Shown piece after piece: positions 35,905 through 49,575 of a stretch of DNA of 64,000 bases. A program made the translations under genes and the position numbers. The stretch is from assembly GCA_038087875.1 (NCBI GenBank), contig CM075977.1, positions 312,232,001 through 312,296,000 on the forward strand, written 5' to 3'. Below the pieces are notes generated by a model. It saw only the letters and a program-made list of their open reading frames with translations. It did not search any database and was not told the origin of the DNA. Numbering within the stretch: position 1 is the first letter of the stretch; every line of letters begins with the position of its first letter. The DNA comes from Malacoraja senta. Its lineage: Eukaryota.

Positions 35905-37622
35905 AACATAGAAAATAGGTGCAAGAGTAGGCCATTCGGCCCTGAGCCAGGACCGCCATTCAATATGATCGTGGCTGATCATCTCAAATCAGTACCCCAT
36001 TCCGGCTTTTTACCCATATTCCTTGATTCCCTTAGTCCTAAGAGCTAAATCTAACTTTCTCTTGATAACATTCAATGAATTGGACTTCACTGCCTTCTGT
36101 GGCAGAGAATTCCACAGATTCACAACTCTCTGTGTGAAAAAGTTTTTCCTCATCTCAGTCCTAAATGGCCTACCCCTTATTCTTAAACTGTGACCCCTGG
36201 TTCTGGACTCCACCAACAACGGGAACATTTTTCCTGAATCTACCCGGTCCAATCCTCTAAGAATTTTATATGGTTCTATAAGATCCCCTCTCATTCTTCT
36301 AAATTCCAGCGAATACATGCCGTCGACCCATTCTTTCATCAAATGTCAGTCCCGCCATCCCAGGAATTAACCTGGTGAACCTATGCTGCACTCCCTCAAT
36401 GGCAATAATGTCCTTCTTCAAATTAGACCAAAATTGCACACAATAACCAGGTGCTGTCTTACCAGAGTCCTGTAGAACTGCAGAAGGACCTCCTTGCTCC
36501 TAAACTCAAATCCTCTCGCAATGAAGGCTTTCTTCACTACCTGCTGTACCTGCATGCTTACTTTCAGTGACTGATGTAAAACACACCAAGGTCTCGTTGC
36601 ACCTCCCCTTCTCCTAATCCGACACCATTCAGATAATAATCTGCCTTCCTGTTCTTGTCACTAAAGTGGATAACCTCACATTTATTCACATTATACTGCA
36701 TCTGCCATGCTTCTGCCCATCCACTCAACCTATCCAAGTAACCCTGCAGCCTCATAGTATCCTCCTCCCAGCTCACACTGCCATCCAGCTTTGTGTCATC
36801 TGCAAACTTAGGGATGTTACATTTAATTCCCTCGTCTAAATCGTTAATATATATTGTAAACAACTGGGGCCCCAGCACCAATCCTTGCGGCACCCAACTA
36901 GTCACTGCCTGCCATTCTGAAAAGGACACGTTAATTCTTCCTGTCTGCTAACCAGTTCTCTATCCATGTCAATACTCTACCTCCAATACCATGTGCTCTA
37001 ATTTTGCACACTAATCTCTTGTGTGGGACCTTGTCATAGGCTTTTTGAAAGTCCAGATACACCACATCCACTGGCTCTCCCTTATCCATTCTTGTTACAT
37101 CCTCAAAAAATTCCAAAAGATTAGTCAAGCATGAATGCCACTTCATAAATCCATGCTGACTTTGACCAATCCCGTCACTGCTTTCCAAATGTGTTGCTAT
37201 AACATCTTTAATTATTGACTCCAGTGTCTTCCCCACTACTGACGTAAGGCTAATTGGTCTATAATTCTCTGTTTTCTCTCCCTCCTTTCTTATAAAGTGG
37301 GGTTACATTCGCTAGTCTCCAGTCCACAGGAACTGATCCAGAGTCGAGAGAACATTGGAAAATGATCATCAATGCATCCACAATTACTAGGGCCACCTCC
37401 TTGAGTACTCTGGGATGCAGATCATCAGGCCCTGGGGATTTATCCGACTTCAGTCCCAACAGTTTACCGAACACCATTTCTGACATGTGGATTCCCTTCA
37501 GTTCCTCCCTCCCACTAGATCCTCAGTCCCCCAGTAGTTCCGGGAGATTGTTTATGTCTTCCTTAGTGACGACAAAACCAAAGTACTCATTTAACTGTTC
37601 TGCCATTTCCTTGTTTCCCATT
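35905..37622 (-). mobile_element. CR1 ORF2 RT-to-3' end, decayed
   Basis: [33 protein letters not shown] and the tail. Confidence 0.9.
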
Positions 37623-38159
37623 TTAAAGAAGGCTCAGGGAAGATTTTTTTGAAGTATATAAAATGATGTGTGGTATGGACAGATTGGATAGTGAGTGGTT
37701 GCTTCCTTTATTTTATACATACGATGTCTAGCCCTCTGCAAGAGGGCCACATAAAAATTACTGTAGTTAGTGTGCAGAAAAACATATGACCAAGACATTT
37801 GAAATGAAAAGAATAATCTATGAGGAAACAGAAAAGGTGATTATAATGCAACCTAGTAAATTTCTCAGTTGACTGAGCATTCAATGCGGTTCTTTAAGAC
37901 CAAATTAAAGGAGGGAGTGAAGGCTAGAGGTCATAGGTATAAAATAAAGAAAATGTTTAAGAGTGACATGAGGAAAAGCTTTTTAATATAAAGTGTGGAT
38001 GGAATCTGGAATGTACTGCGTACAGATGAGAAGGGGACATCGTAGTCTTCAGAGGGGAATTAAGTAAATATACAGTAGAGAAAAATGTACAATGTTATAT
38101 AAACTGCCAGTGGAATTTATTGTTATTGCCAGTGGAAGAAACCAGAGAGTTGCTCATGA

Positions 38160-39743
38160 GAGAAATAGATTGGGTAGATGCACAGAATTTCTTGCCTAGT
38201 GCAGGTGATTCGAGGACCAGAGGGCATAGGATTAAGGCGAAGGGAAAAAGATTCAATAGGAATCTGAGGGGTAACTTTTTCACAGAGGGTAGTGAGTGTA
38301 TGGAACATGCTGCCAGGGGAGGTAATTGAGGCTGGGACTATCTCAACATTTAAGAAACAGTTTAGACAGGTACATGGATAGGACAGGTTTGGAAGGATAC
38401 AGACCAAATACGGGCTGGTGGGACTAGTGTGGTGGGCTGACAAAGTCAGCATGGATTTATGAAAGGTAAATCATGTCTGACGAATCTTATAGAATTTTTC
38501 GAGGATGTAACTAGTAGAGTGGATTAGGGAGAACCAGTGGATGTGTTATGTCTGGACTTTCAGAAGGCTTTCGACAAGGTCCCACATGAGACATTAGTGT
38601 ACAAATGTAAAGCACACGGTATTGGGGGTTCAGTATTGATGTGGATAGAGAACTGGCTGGCAGACAGGAAGCAAAGAGTAGGAGTAAACGGGTCCTTTTC
38701 AGAATGGCAGGCAGTGGGGTACCGCAAGGCTCAGTGCTGGGACCCCAGCTATTTACAATATATATTAATGATTTGGACGAGGGAATTGAATGCAACATCT
38801 CCAAGTTTGCGGATGACACGAAGCTGGGGGGCAGTATTAGCTGTGAGGAGGATGCTAGGAGGCTGCAAGGTGACTTGGATAGGTTGGGTGAGTGGGCAAA
38901 TGCATGGCAGATGCAGTATAATGTGGATAAATGTGAGGTTATCCACTTTGGTGGCAAAAACAGGAAAGTAGACTATTATCTGAATGGTGGCCGATTAGGA
39001 AAAGGGGAGATGCAACGAGACCTGGGTGTCATGGTACACCAGTCATTGAAAGTAGGCATGCGGGTGCAGCAGGCAGTAAAGAAAGCGAATGGTATGTTAG
39101 CATTCATAGCAAAAGGATTTGAGTATAGAAGCAGGGAGGTTCAACTGCAGTTGTACAGGGTATTGGTGAGACCACACCTGGAGTATTACGTACAGTTTTG
39201 GTCTCCTATTCTGAGGAAAGACATTCTTGCTATAGAGGGAGTGCAGAGAAGGTTCACCAGACTGTTTCCTGGGATGTCAGGACTTTCATATGAAGAAAGA
39301 CTGGATAGACTCGGCTTGTACTCGCTAGAATTTAGAAGATTGAGGGGGGATCTTATAGAAACTTACAAAATTCTTAAGGGGTTGGACAGGCTAGATGCAG
39401 GAAGATTGTTCCCGATGTTGGGGAAGTCCAGAACAAGGGGTCACAGCTTAAGGATAAGGGGGAAGTCTTTTAGGACCGAGATGAGAAAAACATTTTTCAC
39501 ACAGAGAGTGGTGAATCTCTGGAATTCTCTGCCACAGAAGGTGGTTGAGGCCAGTTCATTGGCTATATTTAAGAGGGAGTTAGATGTGGCCCTTGTGGCT
39601 AAAGGGATCAGGGGGTATGGAGAGAAGGCAGGTACGGGATACTGAGTTGGATGATCAGCCATGATCATATTGAATGGCGGTGCAGGCTCGAAGGGCCGAA
39701 TGGCCTACTCCTGCACCTATTTTCTATGTTCTATGTTTCTATG
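38160..39743 (+). mobile_element. CR1 3' fragment (38160-38433) followed by a young CR1 RT-to-3' copy (38434-39743)
   Basis: Long open frame to 39645 with GVPQG, FADD, RPHLEY; one small frameshift at ~38715; (TTCTATG)n tail. Confidence 0.92.
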
Positions 39744-40894
39744 TAACTGTTTTGCTTTTCTCTTGACAGACTCCCCGTTATTTCAAGCTCAGTAAACAGG
39801 ATGAAATAACTCTGTTTGCTTGTATCCTTCGTTAAAATATTTTAAGGTTTGCTAATTTTTTACCTTTTGTGCAATACTTGAAATCTGGTTTTGAATCTTT
39901 ATATCTGGAAAGTGATTGGTATTCCCAAGATTCTATTGAAAATGATTGGTAATTTTGGATTCACGAGAAAGTGAAAACTGAAAATCTCTTAAAAGTTTTT
40001 TTTTTTTAAACACCTGGTTAAATACATAAACAGCACCAAGGTGTCTTGTGCCTTCAATATATAGAGGCACTTGGACATGCGCAGTGGCAACTAAAGCACA
40101 CAGGGAAAGTCTGGTGACACTCCTAATATTTCCATTCATGCATGCATGATGCATCAAGGTCATGGACTATTCACACAGCGGCAGGCCTTTATTCGTGATG
40201 CTGGCCTTACTTTGTCATAAGTTGCTGAGCAGGTCCAAATCCATTAGGTCATTTGAAATTGAGCACAGCTCAGGTCCACTATAACTTTAAAACGTAATCT
40301 GTGTGTTAGATCTGCCTCGAGCACATCAGTACTCTCTAAAGGTGTACCTCTGACATTTTTCACCCTCCACCCCTTCCTATAATCAATCACATCCATAATA
40401 CATCCCCACCATCAAAAAATTGCGACCCCATCTTATACCTCTTTCACTAAGTTCAACACCCCCTGTTCTGACATAATGATGAGCTAGTAGAGAAAGGTTA
40501 CTCTTTTGCATAAAATGCTTTGGGAATTTGAGGTAGCTGGTGTTTGGAAACAGTGTTCATTGACCTGTCACAAACGGCCCGTTTCATCTGCCTTTCCAGA
40601 CACCTGAGAATTTTAAAGAGAGACTACTCTCTCAGCATGTAGCCCCAGCAGTAGCCTGCAGGGGGCACTTGCAGTCTATTTGCAGAATATGAAACACCTC
40701 TCTATTCTGCATCTGAATCTGTTGATCCTTTTTGTGTCATTGTCTGCTCCAGTGCTAATGTGTTAATTTATTGCTTATAAAATTGTAAAAGCTTTTTGTG
40801 AATTTTAACCAGTTCTATTATATACATTGATGGCACGAAAGTAGAGATGGTTGATAGCTTCAAGTCACGAGGAATAAATATCACCAGCAACTTG

Positions 40895-41111
40895 TAATAA
40901 AAAGGAATTGGAGATACTGGTTCATACCAAAGATAGACATAAAATGCTGGAGTAACCCAGCAGGTCAGGCACCATCAATGGAGAAAATAGTTAGGTGACG
41001 TTTCGGTTGGGACTGACTGAAGAAGAAGTGGTCAGAAGAAAGGTCCCGACCCGAAACGTCACTGATCCATTTACTCCGGATCTGCTGAATTACTCCAGCA
41101 TTTTAAGTCTG
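40895..41111. mobile_element. Head-to-head Penelope pLTR-derived unit with a 14-bp TSD, inside a Rex1 remnant
   Basis: Inverted arms (tgctggagtaa..gtgacgtttcgg / ccgaaacgtcac..ttactccagca). TSD TCACCAGC(A/T)ACTTG at 40881-40894 and 41112-41125. Confidence 0.75.
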
Positions 41112-41404
41112 TCACCAGCTACTTGGAGCTTTGGCCATGGAAGCATACCAAAAGTGTGAAAATGCATACCACCAGATTCAGGGGCAGTTTCTTCTTTTGC
41201 TGTTATCAAGCAACTGAATGGTCCTCTGATCAGCCAGAGTGTGGTCCTGACCTCCCATCTACCTCACTGGAGACCCTTGAAGTATCATTAATTGGAATTT
41301 ATCTGACTTCAATGCTGTATCTTGCACTACATGTTGTACCCTGTATCCTTTATCTGTGCACTATGGACAGCTTAATTGTAATCGTGCAATATTTTCTTTG
41401 ACTG

Positions 41405-44400
41405 GATAGACAATAGACAATAGGTGCAGGAGTAGCGCATTCGGCCCTTCGAGCCAGCACCACCATGCTTACATTCAGTGACTGACGTAAAAGGACACCC
41501 AGGTCTCGTTGCACTTCCCCTTTTCCTAATCTGACACCATTCAGATAATAATCTGCTTTCTTGTTCTTGCCACCAAAGTGGATAACCTCACATTTATCCA
41601 CATTATACTGCATCTGCCCACTCACCCAACATATCCAAGTAACCCTGCATCCCCATAGCATCCTCTTCACAGTTCACACTGCCACCCAGCTTTGTGACAT
41701 CTGCAAATTTGCTAATGTTACTTTTAATTCCTTCATCTAAATCATTAATATATATTGTGAATAGCTGCGGTCCCAGCACCAAGCCTTGCGGCACCCCACT
41801 AATCACTGCCTGCCATTCTGAAAGAGAACCGTTAATTCCTACTCTTTGTTTCCTATCTGCCAACCAATTTTCTAACCATGTCAATACCCTACCCGCAATA
41901 CAATGTGCTCTAATTTTGCCCACTAATCTCCTGTGTTGGACCTTATCAAAGGCTTTCTGAAAGTCCAGATACACTACATCCACTGGCTCTCCCTTATCCA
42001 TTTTATTTGGTACATCCTCAAAAAATTCCAGAAGATTAGTCAAGCAAGATTTCCCCTTCGTAAATCCCTGCTGACTTGGCCCGATCCTGTTACTGCCATC
42101 CAAATGCGCCACTATTACATCCTTGACAATTAACTCCAGCATCTTCCCCATCAATGATGTCAGGCTAACTTGTCCATAATTCCCTGCTTTCTCTCCCTCC
42201 TTTCTTAAAAAATGGGATAACATTAGCTACCCTCCAATCCACAGGAACTGATCCAGAATCTTTAGAACATTGGAAAATGATCACCAATGCATCCACAATT
42301 TCTAGAGCCACCTCCTTGAGTACCCTGGGATGCAGACCATCAGGCCCTGGGGATTTATCAGCCTTCTGTTCCATCAGTCTACCCAACACCATTTCCTGAC
42401 ATGTGAATTTCCTTCATTTCCTCCGTCACCCTAGATACTCTGTCCCCTAGTACATCTGGGAGATTGTTTGTGTCTTCCAACCAAAGTAACTGTTCAACTC
42501 GTCTGCCATTTCCATGTTCCCCATAATAAATTCACCTGTTTCTGTCTTCAAGGGACCCACATTTGTCCTAACTAATCTTTTCCTTTTCACATACCTAAAT
42601 AAGCTTTTATTATCCTTCTTTATATTCTTGGCTAGCTTACCTTCATACTTTATCTTTTCTCCCCATATTGCCTTTTTAGTTACCTTCTGTTGTTCTTTAA
42701 ACATTTTCCCAATCCTCTGACTTCCCGCTCATCTTTCCTATGTTATACATCTTCTCTTTTATTTTTATACTGTCCTTGACTTCCCTTGTCAGCCATGGTC
42801 GCCTCTTACTCCCCTTAGAATCTTTTCTCCTCTTTGGAATGAAATGATCCTGCATCTTCTGGATTATTCCCAGAAATTCCTGCCATTGCTGTTCCACCGT
42901 CATCCCTGCTACAGTCCCTTTCCAGTCAACTTTGGGCAGCTCCTCCCTCATGCCTCGATAGTCCCCTTTGTTCAACAGCAATACTGACACTTCTGATTTT
43001 ACCATCTCCCTCTCAAATTGCAGATTGAAACATCATATTATGGTCACCACCTCCTAATGGTTCCTTTATCTTGAGTTCCCTTATCAAATCTGGTTCATTG
43101 CACAACATTAAATCCAGAATTGCCTTCTCCCTGGTAGGCTCCAGTACAAGCTGCTCTAAGAATCCATCTTGGAGGCACTCCATAAACTCCCTTCTTGGGG
43201 TCCAGTACAAACCTGATTTTCCCAGTCTACCTGCATGTTGAAATCTCCCATAACCACCGTAGCATTACCTTTGTTACATGCCAATATTAACTCCTGATGC
43301 AACCTGCACCCTACTGTGTATCCAGGCTACTGTTGGGGGCCTATAGATAACTCCCATTAGGGCCTTTTTGTCCTTACAATTTCTCAGTTCTATCCACAAT
43401 GACTCTACATTTTCTGATTCTATGTCACCCCTCGCAAAGGACTGAATTTCATTCCTTACCAACAGAGGTACCCCACCCCCTGGGCCCACCTGTCTGTCTT
43501 TTTGATAGGAAACATAACTCTGAATATTCAGGGTTCAGCCATGTCTCTGTAATTCCCACAACATCATACCTACCAATCTCTAACTGAGCTCATCCACTTT
43601 ATTTCTTATACTTCGCGCATTTATATATAACACTTTTAATTCGTTCACTTCCCCCCTCACACCGGTTCCTATTTCACCTGATCTGACTCTCTTATCCCTT
43701 CTTGAACTTTCCATCTCATTAATTTGGGTGACTTTCGTAACTTTACCTGTATTCCCTTTCCCTTTAACTCCATCCTTATACTTCCAATTTGTCGACCCCT
43801 CCCTATTAGTTTAAACCCACCCGTGTAGCACTAGCAAACCTGCCTGCCAGAATGTTGGTCCCCTCCAGTTAAGGTGCAACCCGTCCCTTTTGTACAGGTC
43901 ACCCCTACCCCAGAAGAGATCCCAGTGGTCTATGTCGAAATCCCTGCCCCCTGCAGCAGCCCCTCATCCACACATTCAGATACCCTATCTCCCTGTTCCT
44001 GCCCTTACCAGCACGAGGTACTGGAAGCAATCCAGAGATAACCACCCTATAGGTCCTGCTTTTCAGTCTTCTTCCTAACTCTCTAAACTCACGTTGCAGA
44101 ACCTAATTCCTCTTCTTCCCGACGTCGTTTGTGCCGACATTCACAACCACTTCCGGCTGCTCCCCTTCCCCCTTGAGCATGCTCACCAATCGGTCCGAGA
44201 CATCTTGGACCCTGGCACCAGGGAGGCAACACACCATCCTCGAATCTCGCCTGTTGCCACAGAATCTCCTGTCCGTACCTCTCACTATTGAGTCACCCAC
44301 CACTATGGCGTTACCTGACGTAGGTCTCTCCGGTTGAGCCTCAGCGCCAGGATTTGATTAAAAGACCTGTCCGCCGCTCAGACTGGAAGTGTCGTCCGTC

Positions 44401-44510
44401 CCGACAGCTTCCAAGAGGGTGTACCTGTACAGCCACCGGGGTCTCCTGCACTCCATGCTTACTTCCCTTCCTCATCGTCACCCACCTTCTGGTATCCTTG
44501 GTGTAACAAC
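41405..44510 (-). mobile_element. Long decayed CR1: ORF1 SGNH esterase, APE endonuclease and RT, with an internal deletion joining RT to the tail
   Basis: VGDSIVRG..CCLPGARVQD..VVVNVGTNDV (CR1 ORF1 esterase); GVIYRPP, PTREKAILDL, GDHN (APE); DFQKAFDK and KFAD (RT). Confidence 0.9.
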
Positions 44511-44513
44511 AAA

Positions 44514-44772
44514 CGTGAGAGGGCAAAGATTTAATAGGAACCTGAGGGGCAACTTTCTCACCAGGGTGGTGGGTAAATGGAATGAGCTGACAGAGGACGT
44601 AGATGAGGCAGGTACTATAACAACAATTAAAAGACATTGAACAGGTACATGGATAGGAAAGGTTTAGAGGGATATGTGCCAAACACAGAGAGGTGTATCT
44701 AGTGTATATGAGGCATCTTTTTCAGCATGGTCAAAGGGCTGTTTCCATGCTAGATGACTCAATAACTCTATG
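44514..44772 (+). mobile_element. CR1 3' fragment
   Basis: RFNRNLRGNFLTRVVGKWNEL and the tail. Confidence 0.75.
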
Positions 44773-45499
44773 GCTCCATTTACATTACTGTATGAAGCAA
44801 GGAAACTCAAAAATCCAGATGAGCTGAAAACCTTTCCAATCCTTTGATGATGCCATTGCACATACTGGTTTCATATTTCTCACCCCATTAGACATAGTGC
44901 AGATTGACAAGGCTACATACCCGCCGTTCACAGCTACATTTCATTATGTAACAGACAAATGAGAATCTTCCAGCCGGATACAATGGAGAGGAAACAGAGC
45001 AACTGAATGTGAACATAAACAATGTTGAAAAATCAGGCTCCTTTGAATCTGTTCCAAATTTTCTTTTCCTGCAAATTAATGTGAAGTGAGTTCCAGTTCA
45101 ATTTTGAAATTTGTGTTTATTATTTCCACTTTACAAAATTAGTTGAACCAGATTCTAGTCAGTGATACCAGGTATAAAAACAATTAAAGCTCTAAGACCC
45201 TTCAGTTACATCAGAAAAATATAATGATTTTATCAGTTCTAACTCAGTTGAATGTCATCGTATTGAGAACTTGAAGGTTAGGTGTTGCCATGAATAGAGT
45301 TACAAAATCCAAAGTTTGTGAATTAGTTGCCATCGCATTGCAGTTTCCTACCATTTCAAAAACTCCAGGATAGACTCGATCTCCCTGGCTCTGCACATCG
45401 CCAGAACAGCTGGATAACAAGGACATGTCCATCAGACTGTAGGAACAAGGAACTGCAGATGCTGATTTACCTAGGAAAGACACAAGATGTTGGAGTAAC

Positions 45500-45845
45500 T
45501 CAGTGTAACTGGATTTGTGACTTCCTGACTCATAGACCACAATTAGTGAGGACAGGCGACAAAACATCCTCCACGATAATACTCAACACCGAAGCCCCAC
45601 AAGGCTGCATTCTCAGCATCTTACTATATTCTCTGTATACTCATAACTGTGCAGCCAAAACTGCCATGACTCAATTTACAAGTTTTCAGAATGCCACCAC
45701 TGCAGTGGGTTGAATCTTGAACAAAGACAAGATGGAGTACAGGAAGGATATGGAGAATCTACTAACATGGCGTCAAGGCAACAATCTTTCCCTCAATGTC
45801 AGCAAGATGAAAGTGCTAGTTATTGACTTTAGGATGCAAGGGGCT
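45500..45845 (+). mobile_element. Rex1/Babar RT fragment
   Basis: CNWICDFLTHRPQ, APQGCILS, LNVSKMKVLVIDFR. Confidence 0.8.
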
Positions 45846-45979
45846 GATCAGCATATAAACAAAGCTTTTCACTGTGTCTCAGTGCACATGACAATATTAA
45901 ACCAATACCAATATTTTTATTCATATGTGATTCATAAATTTAGAACATCACCTAATAACTAATTTCAATATCACCTATT

Positions 45980-46199
45980 GTGTAGGAAGGAACTGCAGAT
46001 GCTGGTTTACATTGAAGATAGACACAAAATGCTGGAGTAACTCAGCGAGACAGGCAGCATCTCTGGATAAAAGGAATGGGTGACATTCTGGGTCAGGTCA
46101 AGTCTGAAGAAGGGTCTCGACCCAAAACGTCACCCATTCCTTCTATCCAGAGATGCTGCCTGTCCCGCTGAGTTAGTCCAGCATTTTGTGTCTATCTTT
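45980..46199. mobile_element. Head-to-head Penelope pLTR-derived unit with a 13-bp TSD
   Basis: ~80-bp inverted arms (~46013-46095 vs ~46118-46199). TSD AATATCACCTATT at 45967-45979 and 46200-46212. Confidence 0.85.
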
Positions 46200-46671
46200 A
46201 ATATCACCTATTACCTATGTGCCCTGTATTTGTAGACCTGTTATTCTGCTGCAAGTAAGAATTTCATTGGTCTGTTTCAGCACAAATGACAATTAAACAA
46301 TCCTGACTCTCTTGACTAATATTGGAGAAAAACATTGTGAGGTATAATTCTTTCTGTTAGGAAGTGCTGGGAAAGTTAGGTTATCCACCACTTCCGGTTA
46401 ACAAGATGTGGATCCGGGCACTCCCTCCTTGCTGTCCTGATGTAGGGCTGTGTACTTCCTCAGGGCTGCCCTGGTGTCTGCCCAGGTGCTCCTTCAGCGC
46501 TGCTCTGATGTCAGCACTGCTCTGATGTTGGCCACGGTGATTCCTTGGCAGTGCTGCTCAGACGCACAGGTCACTCACTAGAGAGTGCCTGTTAGTGAAG
46601 TGTCAGATAACTGTGTTTTTATGGTATTCATAACACATACAAACCTGCATGTTCACTGTCTTCTTTGTCTT

Positions 46672-47160
46672 CAAATCAAATCAAATCAAAAACTTTATTT
46701 GCCATTTGTGCTTACACACATAGGAATTCTTGTGCGGTTGTTCAGAGAGTCAAGTCAAGTCAAGTTAAAAAGACACACAGAAACACACATAATCTATAAA
46801 CTATAAACACATATACTATGATATGTTATGAGGTGGGTCAGGACATCAGTTCATTTTGTTTTGGCCAAGAGTCTCACTGTGGCAGGGAAGAAGCTCTTGA
46901 AAAAGCGTGTTCTGTTTGTGGCGATGCTGTCCGCTCGTCTGTGCCTGAGGTTGTATGTGCAGTTTTTGTGTTTGAGCAGGGAGTGAGCTGGATGTAGTGT
47001 GTCTCTGATGATTCTCTCTGCTCTTTTTTGACAGCGCTGTGTGTAGATTGTTTCCATGGAGGGAAGTTCCGTTCTGATAATCCTCTCTGCAGTCTTTATG
47101 ACTCTTTGCAGAGCCTTCCTCTCTGTCTGTGTGGTGTTTCCATACCACACCGTGATGCCT
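46672..47160 (-). mobile_element. Rex1/Babar 3' end
   Basis: VWYGNTT..RKALQRVIKTAERII..HPAH..FKSFFPATVRLL and a (TTTGA)n tail. Confidence 0.85.
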
Positions 47161-47726
47161 GTGTCTTCTTTGTGAATACACTTTGCTACAATCAGAAAAG
47201 GGAGTCAAATCTCACCCTATATTTTTGAAATATTATTGCAATCAATACTGCAATATTACATTTTATGCTAACTCTAATTTTGGTGTAATTAACCTGCTGT
47301 TAGTTAGTTCCAAGCCCAAAGTACTATCATGTAAGGATTGAAACATAAATTAAAATTGTATTAACAAGAAAAATTAATCGTTAACCAATTTCTATATATT
47401 TTTCTATAAATTAAAAAAGCTTATAAAATTTTAATTATAAAAATATTTGCACTTAATAACACCTCAGATAAGACAAATAGTGTACTCTGCTGCATTATAA
47501 ACTATGTTTTATCATATAATTTGGAATTATTCTTACCATTACAGAGGAATTTTACGGCTGAATTTTAATGCTGGTTGTGGGTTTTGCTTCTGGAGGGTAA
47601 TTAAAATGGGCAAAGAAACAAGTGTCTGAAAACCAACGTCAACGCATCCACTTGTGGGTTTAAAAGGGTGTGTTTCATTGCATCCACAGATGCCCCTCGG
47701 GAGAGATAAGTTATTGCTTATCTTGT

Positions 47727-49575
47727 TTAGGCCCAGAGGATAAATCCCCTGGGCCTGATGGATTACATCCAAGGGTCTTGAGGGAGATAGCGGTGGGGAT
47801 TGTGGATGCATTGGTGATAATTTTCCAAAACTCCCTGGAGGCAGGAACGGTCCCAGTGGATTGGAAAATGGCCAATGTAACACCTATATTTAAAAAAGGA
47901 AGTAAACAGAAGGCGGGTAACTATAGACCGGTTAGTCTAACATCGGTGGTGGGTAAAATGTTAGAGACAATTATTAAAGAAACACTAACGGGGCACTTGG
48001 ATAAACATGACTTCATCGGACAGAACCAGCATGGTTTTCTGAAGGGGAAGTCCTGTTTAACGAATCTGCTCGAATTCTTTGAGGAAGTAACAACCCGGGT
48101 GGATAAAGGGGAACCGGTGGATGTGGTATACTTGGACTTCCAAAAGGCTTTTGACAAGGTGCCACATAAGAGACTATTGCTAAAAATAAAAAATTATGGG
48201 ATTGGGGGTAATATATTAGCATGGGTAGAGGATTGGCTAACAAATAGGAAGCAGAGAGTGGGGATAAATGGTTCATACTCGGGATGGCAACCGGTAACTA
48301 GCGGGGTTCCGCAAGGGTCGGTGCTGGGACCCCAGTTGTTCACAATTTATATAAATGATTTGGAGGAGGGAACCAAGTGTAATATATCAAAATTTGCGGA
48401 CGATACAAAAATGGGAGGAAAAGTAGGGGATGAGGAGGATAGGAAGAGTCTGCAAAAGGATATAGATAAGCTAGGTGAGTGGGCAACAACTTGGCAGATG
48501 ACATTTAATACTAATAAATGTGAAGTCATTCACTTTGGGAAAAAAAATGATAGGGCAAGTTATTTTCTAAATGAGGTGGAGCTGCGTTGTAATGCAACGC
48601 AAAGGGATCTAGGGGTAGTAGTACATGAATCACTAAAAGTTAGTATGCAGGTGCAGCAAGCAATCAGGAAGGCCAATGGAGTTTTGGCCTTTATTGCTAG
48701 GGGGATTGAGTATAAAAACACGGAGGTCTTGCTGCAGCTGTACACAGTATTAGTGAGACCACATTTGGAATACTGTGTACAGTTCTGGGGTCCATACTTA
48801 AGAAAGGATGTACTGGCCCTGGAGGCAGTGCAGCGATGGTTTACAAGATTAATTCCTGCAATGAGGGGATTGACATATGAGGAAAGGTTAAGTAGGCTGG
48901 AACTCTACTCTTTGGAGTTTAGAAGAATGAGAGGCGATCTCATTGAAACATATAAGATCGTGAGGGGCCTTGATCGGGTGGATGCACCGAGGATGTTCCC
49001 AATGATCGGGGAAACTAGAACTAGGGGACATAGTTGTAGAATAAGGGGGGGCTCTTTTAAAACTGAGATGAGGAAGAACTTCTTCACCCAGAGGGTGGTT
49101 AATTTATGGAATTCACTGCCCCAGGGAGCAGTGGAAGCAGAAACATTAAATATATTTAAGTCTAAAATAGATGGTTTTTTAGCTGCCAAGGGGATAAGGG
49201 GCTACGGGGAGAGGGCAGGGATATGGACCTAGGTATGGTTAGTATAGTAAGACCTGAGTGATCTCCTGGACAAGTGTCGATCGCCTGGATTGGGGTCGGA
49301 GAGGAATTTCCCGGATTTTTTTCCCGAATTGGACCTGGGTTTTTATCCGTTTTTTTGCCTCCCCCAGGAGATCACGCGGTTCTTGGGGTGGAGAGGGGTG
49401 ATAGCGGTATAAAGGGGAGGGTAGTGTCTTGTGTTCTGTGTCTTGTGTCTACTGTTTGTGGGTAAGGGTGTCTGTTTAGTGTTCAGCCATGAGCGAATGG
49501 CGGTGCGGGCTCGATGGGCCTGGTGGTCTACTCTCGCACCTACTTTCTATGTTTCTATGTTTCTATGTCTATGTT
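47727..49575 (+). mobile_element. Young 5'-truncated CR1 with an uninterrupted ~500-aa ORF2 RT/C-terminus and an extended 3'UTR
   Basis: Open frame to the stop at 49232 (KSPGPDG, NYRPVSL, DFQKAFDK, GVPQG, FADD); (TTTCTATG)n tail at ~49543-49575. Confidence 0.95.

Noticed and set aside
39792-39803. Single FOX:ETS composite GTAAACAGGATG
   Set aside because: One isolated motif is compatible with chance in 64 kb.
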